Below, one piece after another: positions 39,272-50,946 of a stretch of DNA of 64,000 bases (positions are counted from its first letter, which is position 1; each line of letters begins with the position of its first letter). Source of the DNA: an uncultured Chloroflexia bacterium (GTDB taxonomy: Bacteria; Chloroflexota; Anaerolineae; CG2-30-64-16); contig CAVZDU010000006.1 of the NCBI GenBank assembly GCA_963774265.1, positions 288,001 to 352,000 on the forward strand, written 5' to 3'. Position numbers and translations under genes: made by a program. Below the pieces are notes generated by a model, which ran no database searches, had not been told where the DNA came from, and worked only from the letters and a program-made list of their open reading frames with translations.

Positions 39272-39824
39272 ATCGAACAACGAGCGAGTGAACCGTTGAG
39301 GAGCCGATCGACAGGAGTCAGAACGACCAGCAGGCGACGACAACGGCAGCTGGCTGAGCGAGATCCTGGAGCAGAAGTTGGCCCAGGCGCAGGCCCAGGC
39401 CGCCGAGTACCTGGATAACTGGCGCCGGTCAATCGCCGAGCTGAGCAACGCGCGCAAGCGGATGCAGCGCGAGCAGGCGGAGTATCATCCGCAATGCGGC
39501 CGCAGCGCGTGCTGGAGAAGCTGCTGCCGGTGGTGGACGACATGGACCGCGCCTTCGCCGTCGTGCCCGCCGGATCAGGCGGACAGCGATTGGGTCAACG
39601 GCTTCCGCCTGATCCAGCGCAAGCTGCAGGGCCTCCTGGACAGCGAAGGGGTGACGACCATCGCCGCTGAGGGCCAGACGTTCGATCCGACGCTGCACTA
39701 CGCCGTCACCCACGAGGAAGCGGAAGGCGTGGAGAGCGGGTCAGATCATCGCGGAGGTCGCGCAAGGGCTACAGGCTTGGGCGACAAGGTCCTGCGGCCC
39801 AGCATGGTCCGCGTCGCCCAGTAA
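39260..39824 (+). CDS. grpE: Nucleotide exchange factor GrpE (frameshifted, start approximate)
   Basis: AELSNARKR, FDPTLHYAV and KVLRPSMVRVA motifs. Confidence 0.88.
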
Positions 39825-39883
39825 TGGCCACCTGGGCCCTATACCGATAGCATGTTACGCATCCGTAGAAGGAGTCATTCACT

Positions 39884-41806
<1,923 letters not shown>

Positions 41807-41811
41807 ACATG

Positions 41812-41852
41812 AAAGAGACCTCGCAGATCTTCGAGACCTGCGAGGTCTCTTT
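41812..41852 (+). terminator. Intrinsic terminator after dnaK
   Basis: AAAGAGACCTCGCAG / CTGCGAGGTCTCTTT 15-bp stem followed by a T-rich tail. Confidence 0.85.
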
Positions 41853-41896
41853 GTCTTCAATCTTCAATCTTCAATCTTGAATAATCTTCAACCTAC

Positions 41897-41925
41897 TTGA
41901 CAAGAAATGAAACTCGTCGTACACT
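41897..41925 (+). promoter_or_regulatory. Sigma70-type promoter for DUF2089 operon
   Basis: TTGACA-17 nt-TACACT. Confidence 0.75.
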
Positions 41926-41952
41926 CTCCTCATATCGAAGGGAGCGACGACC

Positions 41953-42339
41953 ATGTACAGTACACCCAGCCTCTGCCCCGTGTGCGGCGACAAGCTCGCC
42001 GTGACGCGGCTCACCTGCCCAAACTGCGATACCAGCGTCGAGGGCCGCTTTCAATTCAGCCGGCTCGAACAGCTCGGCCCGGAGCACCGCGCGTTCGTAG
42101 AGCTTTTCGTGCGCTGCGAGGGCAAGCTCAACTGGGTGGCCCAGGAGCTGAAGCTGTCGTACCCGACCGTGCGCAGCCGGCTGGACGATGTGATCCGCGC
42201 GATGGGGTACGAGGTCAAAGAACTGCCGCCCGCGGAGGAGAAACAGCGCCTGGTCGAACAGCGCCAGACTATCCTGGACGCCCTGGCCGCGGGCAAGATC
42301 TCATCCGCGGACGCGGTGCGCCAGTTGCAGGCGTTATAG
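41953..42339 (+). CDS. DUF2089-family protein (Zn ribbon + HTH + SHOCT-like tail)
   Basis: CPVCG..CPNC, LSYPTVRSRLD and ILDALAAGKIS motifs. Confidence 0.88.
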   Translation: MYSTPSLCPVCGDKLAVTRLTCPNCDTSVEGRFQFSRLEQLGPEHRAFVELFVRCEGKLNWVAQELKLSYPTVRSRLDDVIRAMGYEVKELPPAEEKQRLVEQRQTILDALAAGKISSADAVRQLQAL

Positions 42340-42358
42340 GGCGACGAGGAGGCCAACC

Positions 42359-43615
42359 ATGAGCGACAAACTCACCCTTCCCCCGGCAGGCGTCACGGAG
42401 CTGATTCTCGAAGCACTCGCGGCCGATGCAGTCCTGGCAGTCTTGCCAGAAGCAGAGCTGATCGAGGTGACGGTGCGCCCCGATAGCTCAGACCCCGCCC
42501 GATTGATCGTCGAGGGCGACAAGGCGCGGCTCGCCGGCGGGACCGCAACCCGCGTCACCCTGCCCCCAGGCATCTCGCTGACCGTCGGGGAGACCCTCGG
42601 CGATCTGCGCGTCAAGGGATTCGACGTCGATCTCCGCGTGCGAACGGTCAACGGCGATCTGCGCCTCGGCCGCACGGCCGCGCGGGTCGCGATCGAGAAC
42701 GCACACGCGGATGTGCGCGCCGAAGACGTCGCGTCCCTGCATATAAATGAGTGCGAAGGCGATATGCGCTTCAACGGGGGAGGCGACCTCGAGGTGGAGC
42801 GTGTCGGAGGCGATTTGCGCGTGGCTGACGCGGGTGGCGTGCGTGCGGGCCGCGTGAACGGCGATCTGTGGGCTGAAAAGCTGACCGGAAGCCTGCATGT
42901 CGAGAGGACCAGCGGCGACATGCGGCTGGCCGATGTGGCAGGCCAGGTCGTGCTCGGCCAGGTTGCGGGCGATCTGCGCGCGGCCGGCCTGGCTGGCGGC
43001 CTGAGCGCCGGCCACGTCCATGGCGACGCGATCCTCGAAGGTCCGTTCCCCGGAGGCGAGGGCTACGCGGTTCGCACCGACGGCGACACCCACATCCGGC
43101 TCACCGGCGAAGATGACGTGCGGCTGGTCGTACGCGCGGCGGGCCGCATCCGGGCCTCGCTCCCGCTCACGCCCACCGCAGATGGCACCCCCACCTACTC
43201 GGCGACTGTCCGGGAGGGCAAGATCCGTATGGTGGTAACCAGTGGGGGCGATTTGCGCATTGAAGTCGCGGGCGGAGAAGAAGCGCGGGGCGGATGGGAT
43301 CGCCACCGCAGCCCGGGATCGGACTTCTTTGGAGACCTCAGCACCCTGGGCGATCGCATCCGCCAGCAGGTCACGGCGTCGCTGACCGCAGCGGGCATCA
43401 ACCCGGATACGGGAGAGATCAACATCGGACGCGGCCGCACCGCACGAGGCGCCTTCAAGGGGTTCCAACCGCCAACGCCGCCCGAACGGCCCAAGGCGCC
43501 AGGCCCCGCGGGCAGCGCCACGAGTGACGAAAAAATGGCCATTCTGAAAATGCTCGAAGAGGGCCGGATCACGCCGGAAGAGGCCGATACGCTGTTGCGC
43601 GCCCTGGGCGCTTGA
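42359..43615 (+). CDS. DUF4097/Toastrack beta-strand repeat protein with C-terminal SHOCT-like helix pair
   Basis: Repeated V(N/G)GDL motifs and C-terminal AILKMLEEGRITPEEADTLL. Confidence 0.8.
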   Translation: MSDKLTLPPAGVTELILEALAADAVLAVLPEAELIEVTVRPDSSDPARLIVEGDKARLAGGTATRVTLPPGISLTVGETLGDLRVKGFDVDLRVRTVNGDLRLGRTAARVAIENAHADVRAEDVASLHINECEGDMRFNGGGDLEVERVGGDLRVADAGGVRAGRVNGDLWAEKLTGSLHVERTSGDMRLADVAGQVVLGQVAGDLRAAGLAGGLSAGHVHGDAILEGPFPGGEGYAVRTDGDTHIRLTGEDDVRLVVRAAGRIRASLPLTPTADGTPTYSATVREGKIRMVVTSGGDLRIEVAGGEEARGGWDRHRSPGSDFFGDLSTLGDRIRQQVTASLTAAGINPDTGEINIGRGRTARGAFKGFQPPTPPERPKAPGPAGSATSDEKMAILKMLEEGRITPEEADTLLRALGA

Positions 43616-43675
43616 CATATGCCGCGTGCCATTCTACACTAAGCGGCATACTGATTTGCCTGGACAGGTATAGGC

Positions 43676-44695
43676 GTGGCCTCTTATATCGTTGCTCACT
43701 CCGATGCTGTGGGGGATGGTCCGCAGCCGTTCGATCCCAGCCGCCACATGCGCCAGGTTGCCGACCTGGTCGCGACGGTGTTTGCGGATGAACTGGACGC
43801 GCGCGGCCGGAGCGCGCTGCGCGAGATGCAACTCGTCGGCCGGCTCAGCCCGATGCTGGGTGACACGCTCAGCATGGCCTTCTTTAATGAGTACATCTCC
43901 GGCCAGGTGTGGATTGAGGGCGGACGGGTCGTCGGCAACGTGACGTTGCAGAGCATCGACCAGGCCGGCTCCAGGTGGCGGGTCAGCAACGTGGCGGTGC
44001 TGCCGTCCTACCGACGGCGCGGCATCGCGCGCACGCTCATGCTGGCCGCATTGCGCGAAATCGCCCAGCGCGAGGGCAATTGGGCGGTGTTGCAGGTTCG
44101 GGCCGACAATCCGGCCGCTCACGACCTCTACCTGGATCTCGACTTCGACGACGTGGCGCGCGATGCCATCTACCGCCTGGCCGCGCCGCCCCTGGAGCCG
44201 GACGCGGTCGAAGCGTCAACGCAGCTCGAACCGCTGCGGTCCTGGTCCGGCGGAGTGCTGCAGGAGTTGGCCCAGGCCGCTCGCTCGCCACTCGCGCAAT
44301 GGGCTGAACCGATCCGTTCGGCGGACTACCGGATCGGTTTCACCCAAATGGTCGGCGAGTGGCTGGGCAAGTTGACGGGCTTTCATCGCGCCGAGCGTTG
44401 GGGCGTCTGGCAGGAACATCAGTTGATGGGCGCGGTTGAGACGATCAGGAACGCGGCGAGTGAAAACGCCACCATGCACTTTCTGGTCCGGCCCACGGTA
44501 CGTGGAAAGCTGGAACAGACGCTGGTTGCCCGTGGCCTACGGTCGCTTGCCAGGTCCGGTTCAAATCCGGTAATCGTAGAACATGATGGTGAGCACGAGG
44601 AAGGGATCGCCGCGCTACGAAACGCAGGCTTTCGCGTGCAGCGTGACCTGATCACCATGCGCCGGGCGGTCCGACCACAAGACGCAAGGTTGTAG
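43676..44695 (+). CDS. Tandem GNAT acetyltransferase
   Basis: NVAVLPSYRRRGIAR, N..A..LY and a second degenerate GNAT ending GFR. Confidence 0.85.
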   Translation: MASYIVAHSDAVGDGPQPFDPSRHMRQVADLVATVFADELDARGRSALREMQLVGRLSPMLGDTLSMAFFNEYISGQVWIEGGRVVGNVTLQSIDQAGSRWRVSNVAVLPSYRRRGIARTLMLAALREIAQREGNWAVLQVRADNPAAHDLYLDLDFDDVARDAIYRLAAPPLEPDAVEASTQLEPLRSWSGGVLQELAQAARSPLAQWAEPIRSADYRIGFTQMVGEWLGKLTGFHRAERWGVWQEHQLMGAVETIRNAASENATMHFLVRPTVRGKLEQTLVARGLRSLARSGSNPVIVEHDGEHEEGIAALRNAGFRVQRDLITMRRAVRPQDARL

Positions 44696-44704
44696 GAGCG
44701 ACTC

Positions 44705-45076
44705 ATGGTAAGCGCCGAAGAGCGGATGCGGATCCTCAAAATGATCTCAGATAAGCAGATCACGGCCGCCGAAGGCGCGCGGTTGCTCGAAGCATTGGCC
44801 GCAGGGGGCTCCGACTCGCCGCGCGGGGAAGTGAATCGCTCCCGCTGGCTACGCGTCAAGGTCACCGACCGGCATAGCGGCCGTGTCAAACTGAACGTCA
44901 CGATCCCGGTGGGTCTGATCGACGTGGGATTGAAGATGGGCGCGCGCTTCGCACCGGAGATAGCAGGAATGGACGGCAATGTGATCCAGGCTGCGATCCG
45001 AGACGGCGTGCAGGGTCGCGTCTTGAGCGTTGACGACGCGGACGACAACGAACGCGTTGAGATATTCGTGGAGTAG
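44705..45076 (+). CDS. Small protein with N-terminal SHOCT-like domain (YvlB/LiaX N-terminal-like)
   Basis: EERMRILKMISDKQITAAEGARLLEAL, WLRVKVTD..NVTIP and VEIFVE motifs. Confidence 0.8.
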   Translation: MVSAEERMRILKMISDKQITAAEGARLLEALAAGGSDSPRGEVNRSRWLRVKVTDRHSGRVKLNVTIPVGLIDVGLKMGARFAPEIAGMDGNVIQAAIRDGVQGRVLSVDDADDNERVEIFVE

Positions 45077-45082
45077 TCCGAT

Positions 45083-46078
45083 CTACTCCGCCAACCGTTG
45101 TCGGGCGTAGACCGCAGCGCCCAGCAGCACGGCGTTATCCCCCAGCTCGGCCAACACAATCGGCACGGTGCGGGCGTCGCGGCGGTTCATCGCATATTGG
45201 TACGCCACCGCGCGTATAGGCTCCACGTATGCCTCACCCAGCGCCTCAGCCACCCCTCCACCGATCACAATCATGTCGGGGTCGATGAAGTTAATGATCG
45301 AGCCGATGAATATACCGAGATAGTGTTGCGAACGGCGGATTACCTCATAGACGAGTGGATCGCGTTTCTCGTACGCTTCGGCCAGCACACCTGACGTAAT
45401 GCGGTCGCGGCCCTCGCGCTGGATCCACTCTGCCATCATGCTCTCGCGGCCCGCGCGCAGCCCCAACCGGATGTCCCGCTCGATCGCAGTCCGGCTGGAC
45501 ACGGACTCCAGGCAGCCGCGCTTGCCGCAGCCGCACACCGGTCCATCCGCGAGCACGACCATATGGCCGATCTCGCCGGCGGTCATGTGGGAGCCGCGCC
45601 AGACCTTTCCGTCGAGCACAATGCCGCCGCCGATGCCCGTGCCCACGAAGATGCCCACCATGTTCCTCACGCCCCGCGCGACGCCCAGCGTGAGCTCGCC
45701 GAGTGCGCCCAGGTTCCCGTCGTTTTCGATGAACACGGGGACGCCGCTGAGCTGCTCGCTCAGCAGATGAGCGAAGGGGATGTTCTCCCACCCCTCCATA
45801 TTGGGTGCGAACCGCACGACGCCATCGTCGGGGTTCAGCGCACCCGGCGCGGCCGAGCACACGCCCGCGATCTCGTCCAGCGTGAGGCCCGCTGCTTTCA
45901 CCGCGTCCTTGACCGTCTTCGCCAGGCGCTCAATCACGGCTTCCACGCCCAAGCCGCCCTTTGTCGCGCGCTTGGCCGTCGCAAGGATCGCGTGGTTGGC
46001 GTCCACAACGCCGGCGAGCACCTTGGTTGCGCCCAGGTCAACACCGACCACCGGTTTCTCGGTCGCCACTTTGCTCAT
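45083..46078 (-). CDS. ROK-family sugar kinase (glucokinase-like)
   Basis: GVDLGATK, ENDGN, GTGIGGG and AGEIGH..CGCGKRGCLE motifs. Confidence 0.92.
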   Translation of the reverse strand: MSKVATEKPVVGVDLGATKVLAGVVDANHAILATAKRATKGGLGVEAVIERLAKTVKDAVKAAGLTLDEIAGVCSAAPGALNPDDGVVRFAPNMEGWENIPFAHLLSEQLSGVPVFIENDGNLGALGELTLGVARGVRNMVGIFVGTGIGGGIVLDGKVWRGSHMTAGEIGHMVVLADGPVCGCGKRGCLESVSSRTAIERDIRLGLRAGRESMMAEWIQREGRDRITSGVLAEAYEKRDPLVYEVIRRSQHYLGIFIGSIINFIDPDMIVIGGGVAEALGEAYVEPIRAVAYQYAMNRRDARTVPIVLAELGDNAVLLGAAVYARQRLAE

Positions 46079-46247
46079 GGGGTTCCTCCGCAGGGGTGGA
46101 TGAGATGGATGGATTATAACGCGAAGCGCAACAAATCCCCGAATACCACGCCCTCGACATGACATTCCCCTCCGCTACCTGCACGTGGCGTTGATCGTAT
46201 ATATGTATGTAAAGCGGCCGCCAGACCTCCGAGAGGAGTCGCAGGCC

Positions 46248-46739
46248 ATGAGGAATGATCCAATGAACCGCGATCTTAGATATGCAGGGCTTGGGAAGCG
46301 CTTTCTGGCGCTCCTGGTTGACTTCCTGCTGTTATGCGCCTTCTTTTTCCCGATCACGCGGCTGGTCAAGGGCGTGTGGCTGATGTCGCCCAAGGACCAC
46401 AACTGGGTCAACGGGTGGTTCATCTTCGATCCGCTGTGCTTGGTCTTTCTGGCCATCATGGCGCTCTACATCGTCTCCCTGGAGGGCCTGCTGGGTGCGA
46501 CCCTGGGTAAGTGGGTTTGCGGCCTGCGCGTGATCGGGATAGATGGCCGCCGGCCCGGCATGTGGAAAAGTGCGGTGCGAAACATCTTGCGTGCAGTAGA
46601 TAGCCTGCCCACGCTCAACATCCTGGGCGTGATCCTCATTTTGCGTTCGGCAGAGCGGGCGCGTTTTGGCGACCGCGTAGCGGGGACCAGGGTGATTCAG
46701 GTCAGGCCGGGCCAACCGGTCCAGGAGATTACCTCATGA
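46248..46739 (+). CDS. RDD-family membrane protein
   Basis: YAGLGKRFLALLVD, GATLGK..GLRV and GDRVAGTRVI motifs. Confidence 0.85.
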   Translation: MRNDPMNRDLRYAGLGKRFLALLVDFLLLCAFFFPITRLVKGVWLMSPKDHNWVNGWFIFDPLCLVFLAIMALYIVSLEGLLGATLGKWVCGLRVIGIDGRRPGMWKSAVRNILRAVDSLPTLNILGVILILRSAERARFGDRVAGTRVIQVRPGQPVQEITS

Positions 46740-47662
46740 ATGATACGGCCATCGAAATCTGCAATTTGCGGAAAATGTACGGTGGGACGGCCGCGGTGGA
46801 CGACATCAGCTTCGACGTGGCCAGGGGGGAGATCTTCGGCCTGCTGGGGCCGAACGGCGCGGGCAAAACCACGACACTGGAATCCCTCGAAGGGATCCGC
46901 AAGCCGGACGGTGGAACGCTCAGCATCCTGGGGGTTGACCCGACACGCGAGCCCGGCCGGCTTCGCGACCTGATCGGCGTGCAGCTCCAGACCTCTGCGC
47001 TGCCGGCCGATATGACGCCTGCTGAAGCGATGCGGTTCTTCTGCGCCTACCACAGCGTCGCGGAGAACGGTGTGCTGCTCGAACGCCTTGGCCTGGCTGA
47101 GAAGCGGAACAGCCGCTATCAGTCGCTTTCGGTGGGGCAACAGCGGCGACTGGCGCTGGCGCTGGCCGTCAGCCACAAGCCACCGGTGGTCATCCTCGAT
47201 GAGCCGACCGCCGGGCTGGACGTTGGCTCACGGACCGAGCTGCACGCGCTGATGCACGAGCTGCGCGGGGAGGGCACATCCATCCTGCTGGCGACCCATG
47301 ACATGGCGGAGGCGGAGAAGATGGCCGACCGGGTGGCCATCCTGCTGGCCGGCAAGGTGGCCGCGACGGGCACACCGCGCGAGCTGACCGCGACCGGCGC
47401 TGGCTACACCAAAATCTCCGTGCGCACCGAGGAGAACCTGCTCCGGGCTCCGCCTACCGCAAACGCCTTGCCTGCCGTGGCGAAACAACTGGTCCAGGAG
47501 GAGGACTACACCATCTTCTTCAGCACTGACCCCGGCCTCACCGTGTCGGCCATCCTGGCGCGCATCGCGGAGTGCGGCGACAAGCTGATTGACCTGCGCG
47601 TCGAACGGCCGTCGCTGGAGGAAAGGTTCCTCGAGCTCACCAACACAGGAGGCGCCCGATGA
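46736..47662 (+). CDS. ABC-2 exporter ATP-binding protein
   Basis: GPNGAGKTT, LSVGQQRR and LDEPTAGLD motifs. Confidence 0.93.
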   Translation: MNDTAIEICNLRKMYGGTAAVDDISFDVARGEIFGLLGPNGAGKTTTLESLEGIRKPDGGTLSILGVDPTREPGRLRDLIGVQLQTSALPADMTPAEAMRFFCAYHSVAENGVLLERLGLAEKRNSRYQSLSVGQQRRLALALAVSHKPPVVILDEPTAGLDVGSRTELHALMHELRGEGTSILLATHDMAEAEKMADRVAILLAGKVAATGTPRELTATGAGYTKISVRTEENLLRAPPTANALPAVAKQLVQEEDYTIFFSTDPGLTVSAILARIAECGDKLIDLRVERPSLEERFLELTNTGGAR

Positions 47663-48465
47663 ACGCGTTCGCCATCCACTTTGGGTTCGAGTTCAAGGCC
47701 GGGCTGCGTAACGCCACAGCCATGCTGATGAACTACCTTTTCCCGCTCGGCTTCTACGTCCTGATGGGAATCGTGTTCACCCAGATCAATCCGGTGTTCC
47801 GGGACACCATGATCCCGGCCATGTTGATCATCGCGGCCATGAGCAGCAACCTCCTGGGGCTTCCCGATCCCCTGGTGACTTCACGCGAGGCCGGCATCTA
47901 CCGCAGCTTCAAGATCAACGGGGTGCCGGCGGTCTCGATCCTGGCGATCCCGGTGCTCAGCGCGATGATCCACGCGTTGATCGTAGCCGCCATCATTGCC
48001 CTCACGGCACCCCCGTTCTTCGGGGCCGCAGCGCCAACCAACTGGGGGATGCTGGCGCTCCTGGCGCTCCTGACGATCTTCACGTTCGGCGCCATCGGCG
48101 CGTTGATCGGCGTCGCCTCGCCGAGCTCGCGCGCCACCGTACTGTGGTCCCAGCTCATTTTCCTGCCCTCCATGCTGCTGGGCGGGCTGATGCTGCCCAT
48201 CTCCGTCCTGCCCGAGTCTGTTCGCCCCTTTGCGGGCCTCCTGCCTTCCGCACACGCGATGCAAGCGTTCGCCGGGTTGGCGTTCGGCCAGGAGACGGTT
48301 TTCGATCCCGTCCGCTCGGTCATTATCTTGGGAAGCAGCGGCATGCTGGCCTTCGGGCTGGCGATCTATCTGTTCAACTGGGACAGCCACAACGCCGCGC
48401 GCCGCGGCCACCCGCTGCTGGCGCTGCTGGCCGCGGTCCCTTACATCGCGGGGTTGTTCATGTAG
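47659..48465 (+). CDS. ABC-2 exporter permease
   Basis: Polytopic protein with a REAGI motif, translationally coupled to the ATPase. Confidence 0.88.
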   Translation: MNAFAIHFGFEFKAGLRNATAMLMNYLFPLGFYVLMGIVFTQINPVFRDTMIPAMLIIAAMSSNLLGLPDPLVTSREAGIYRSFKINGVPAVSILAIPVLSAMIHALIVAAIIALTAPPFFGAAAPTNWGMLALLALLTIFTFGAIGALIGVASPSSRATVLWSQLIFLPSMLLGGLMLPISVLPESVRPFAGLLPSAHAMQAFAGLAFGQETVFDPVRSVIILGSSGMLAFGLAIYLFNWDSHNAARRGHPLLALLAAVPYIAGLFM

Positions 48466-48699
48466 CACGCCTGAGTGCGATGCCATCACAAGGGAGGTGG
48501 CGACATGAGCGCAAGACTGCAATTCCCTATCATTCATCGGCAACGCGTTCATGTTCGACTTGATCAAGATGATGATCGGCCACAGGAAGATTAAGTATGG
48601 CACGAGTTCACCCCTTCTCAGAATTCGTCTGACCGCGCTATACTTAGGCGCAGTCAGCAGTCCGCGGGGACCAACCCGCGGCCCGAAAGGAGTGCCCCC

Positions 48700-49630
48700 G
48701 TGAACAAACGTGAAGTGATGCTGCGCTTGATCGACGGCAAAGCGCCGGCCGGCTACACCCCGGCTGCGTTTTTCCTGCACTTTGGATCTGCAGTACCACG
48801 TGGGCCAGGCCGCGATCGACCGGCACCTCCAGTTCTTCCGGTACACCGGCATGGACTTCGTCAAAATCCAGTACGAGCAGGGCATGTCCCAGGCGCCCAT
48901 CACGTCGCCGGCGGACTGGGGCCGCGCACCGCGACTGACCGAGGAGGATTTCGAGCCGACCGTGCGCGTGGTGCGTGGGCTGGTCGAGGCCGCAGGCCGT
49001 GAGGCACTTGTCATCCTCACCCTGTATTCGCCCTTCATGTGGGCGCGGCACCTCGCGGGGGATGACGTGCTGCACGAGCACTTGCGCGAGCACCCGACCC
49101 AGGCTATCAAGGGGCTGGAGATCAGTACGGAGAACGTACTGACGCTGGTGCGGGCATGCAAGGCCGCAGGGGTGGACGGGTTCTATGCGTCGACCCAGGG
49201 TGGCGAGGCCTTCCGCTTCGGGGGTACGGATATTTTCGAACAGCTCGTGAAGCCAACGGACCTGACGGTGTGGGACGAGATCGCCTCGTGCCGCTTCAAC
49301 ATCCTGCATGTCTGCGATTACGAGGGCGCGTACGACGATCTGGCGTCTTTCATCGACTATCCCGGTCATGTCGTGAACTGCTCACTTGAAATCGGCGGAA
49401 CGAGAATGTCGCCCAGGGAGGCGTCCGCCTTGTTCGGGCGGCCCTTCATGGGCGGATTGGAGCGTAAAGGGGTCTTGGCGACCGGTGAGCCAGCAGAGGT
49501 TCGCCGCGCCGCAGCGGCGGTGCTGGCCGAAGCGCCGAAACGCTTCATCCTGGCCGCGGACTGCACTGTGCCCGGCGACGCCTCGTGGGACAACCTACAC
49601 GCAGCGATTGACGTCGCCCACGGAGGATAA
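48700..49630 (+). CDS. Uroporphyrinogen decarboxylase/MtaA-family protein (frameshift near 48785)
   Basis: FFLHF, MDFVKI, TLYSPF, NILHVC and FILAADCTVP motifs. Confidence 0.8.
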
Positions 49631-50260
49631 CCTGCAGAATCCATGACTATCATATGCAAAGCCGGAGAACACGGTCAGAAGCAGCGTGCCGAGAGCAAGG
49701 AAGCTGATCACCAAGATGACCATCGGATCGTCCACACCGAAAAGGGTCTCCATCAAAGGTACGCCCGGAAGCATAGAGAGCCAGGCGATGATGCAGGCGG
49801 TATAAAACCAGGGCCACAGTTTTGCCAGGAAACGCTGGAAACCATCATCCGATCGAGAGGCTTTGGACGACGATACCGGCGCGTGGATCCGGGTTGCAAC
49901 CACGCCGGTCAGGATTCCAAAGATCGGAGGAAAAATGCCTCCGCCCACCAACAGCATGGCGATGGACAGAAGAACCATGACCCACCCCCCGTGCTTCCTG
50001 TGAACGAACAGGACGGACCACACAAGCAAAGCCAGGGAAACGAGCACGGCCAGGACCCCGGTGACCAGCAGGTTGGGGATGACCGTCATCGCCGGCTCGC
50101 CGGATAGGCTGCGGAAGAAAGCTGAATCAGGCCAGGACGGGAACATGACCCCGCTCGGAGCTACGCTGCCCTGCAGCACTTCGCCGATGCCGTGCTCGAT
50201 GCCGGCCAGCGCCATGATGGCGCCGAAGGTCGAAGCAAACGTTCTTGTTGCGTTTTTCAT
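49595..50260 (-). CDS. Hypothetical polytopic membrane protein
   Basis: About 6 TM segments with AGIEHGIGEVLQG and EPAMTVIPN motifs. Confidence 0.7.
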   Translation of the reverse strand: MKNATRTFASTFGAIMALAGIEHGIGEVLQGSVAPSGVMFPSWPDSAFFRSLSGEPAMTVIPNLLVTGVLAVLVSLALLVWSVLFVHRKHGGWVMVLLSIAMLLVGGGIFPPIFGILTGVVATRIHAPVSSSKASRSDDGFQRFLAKLWPWFYTACIIAWLSMLPGVPLMETLFGVDDPMVILVISFLALGTLLLTVFSGFAYDSHGFCRLSSVGDVNRCV

Positions 50261-50274
50261 CTCCGTTCTTTCCT

Positions 50275-50829
50275 TCAATGTGACTTAGCGGGCTGATACT
50301 GCCCTGCCCGCGTGCTGGCCGCCAGCGTGCTGGCCGCCAGCGTGCTCGCCCAGCGGCGGATGGCCTCCCAATCGCGCAGGTCGCTGGGCGGCATCTGTCG
50401 GAGCGCGGGAATAAGGTTCCAGGGCAGACGCAGCCCGGACGGGTCGAACTTACCCCCGATCACCTCAACCGAGACCGGCCTGAGCCACGGAAACCTGGCC
50501 AGTTCCCGATCAAGCTGCTTGCGTACTTCCTGCCACTCGTTTCCATCTCCGGAGCCGAAGGGGCCGCCCGCAAAAATGGCGATTGGAAGACCGCCGGTGA
50601 GCGCTTTTTGATGCCGGGATAGAAAGTGCAGCGCATCCTTGTGCAGGTGAAACATGTAGAGCGCAGCTCCCAACACGACCGCGCCGTATCCATCCAGTGT
50701 CCGCACATCCCGCGCGGGCTGAAGGTCGACCGTAAGTTCATGGCCACGCAAAGTCGCCACGACGGCCTCGGCCACCTCCTGGGTTGAGCCGTGTGTAGAA
50801 GCATAAGCCACCAGAACCTTGATTTCCAT
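50275..50829 (-). CDS. Flavodoxin-domain protein (HemG/Flavodoxin_5-like)
   Basis: LVAYASTHGSTQEVAE and DLRDWEAIRRWA motifs. Confidence 0.85.
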   Translation of the reverse strand: MEIKVLVAYASTHGSTQEVAEAVVATLRGHELTVDLQPARDVRTLDGYGAVVLGAALYMFHLHKDALHFLSRHQKALTGGLPIAIFAGGPFGSGDGNEWQEVRKQLDRELARFPWLRPVSVEVIGGKFDPSGLRLPWNLIPALRQMPPSDLRDWEAIRRWASTLAASTLAASTRAGQYQPAKSH

Positions 50830-50946
50830 CTGTTTCAGTCTCCTTTTCCAATTGAATCATAGCGATAACCCTCTCCCTTCGTCATCTATCAAAGGTTAGA
50901 TCGCGAGTTATAACTGTCGAGCCGGTTGGGAGTAGAATAGATAGAA

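Noticed and set aside
48505-48646. Short ORF with RBS after the ABC permease
   Set aside because: Under 30 codons with no recognisable family. Possibly a remnant.
50310-50350. 15-bp tandem repeat (ASTLA) at the flavodoxin C-terminus
   Set aside because: Trivial slippage in a terminal tail with no functional implication visible.
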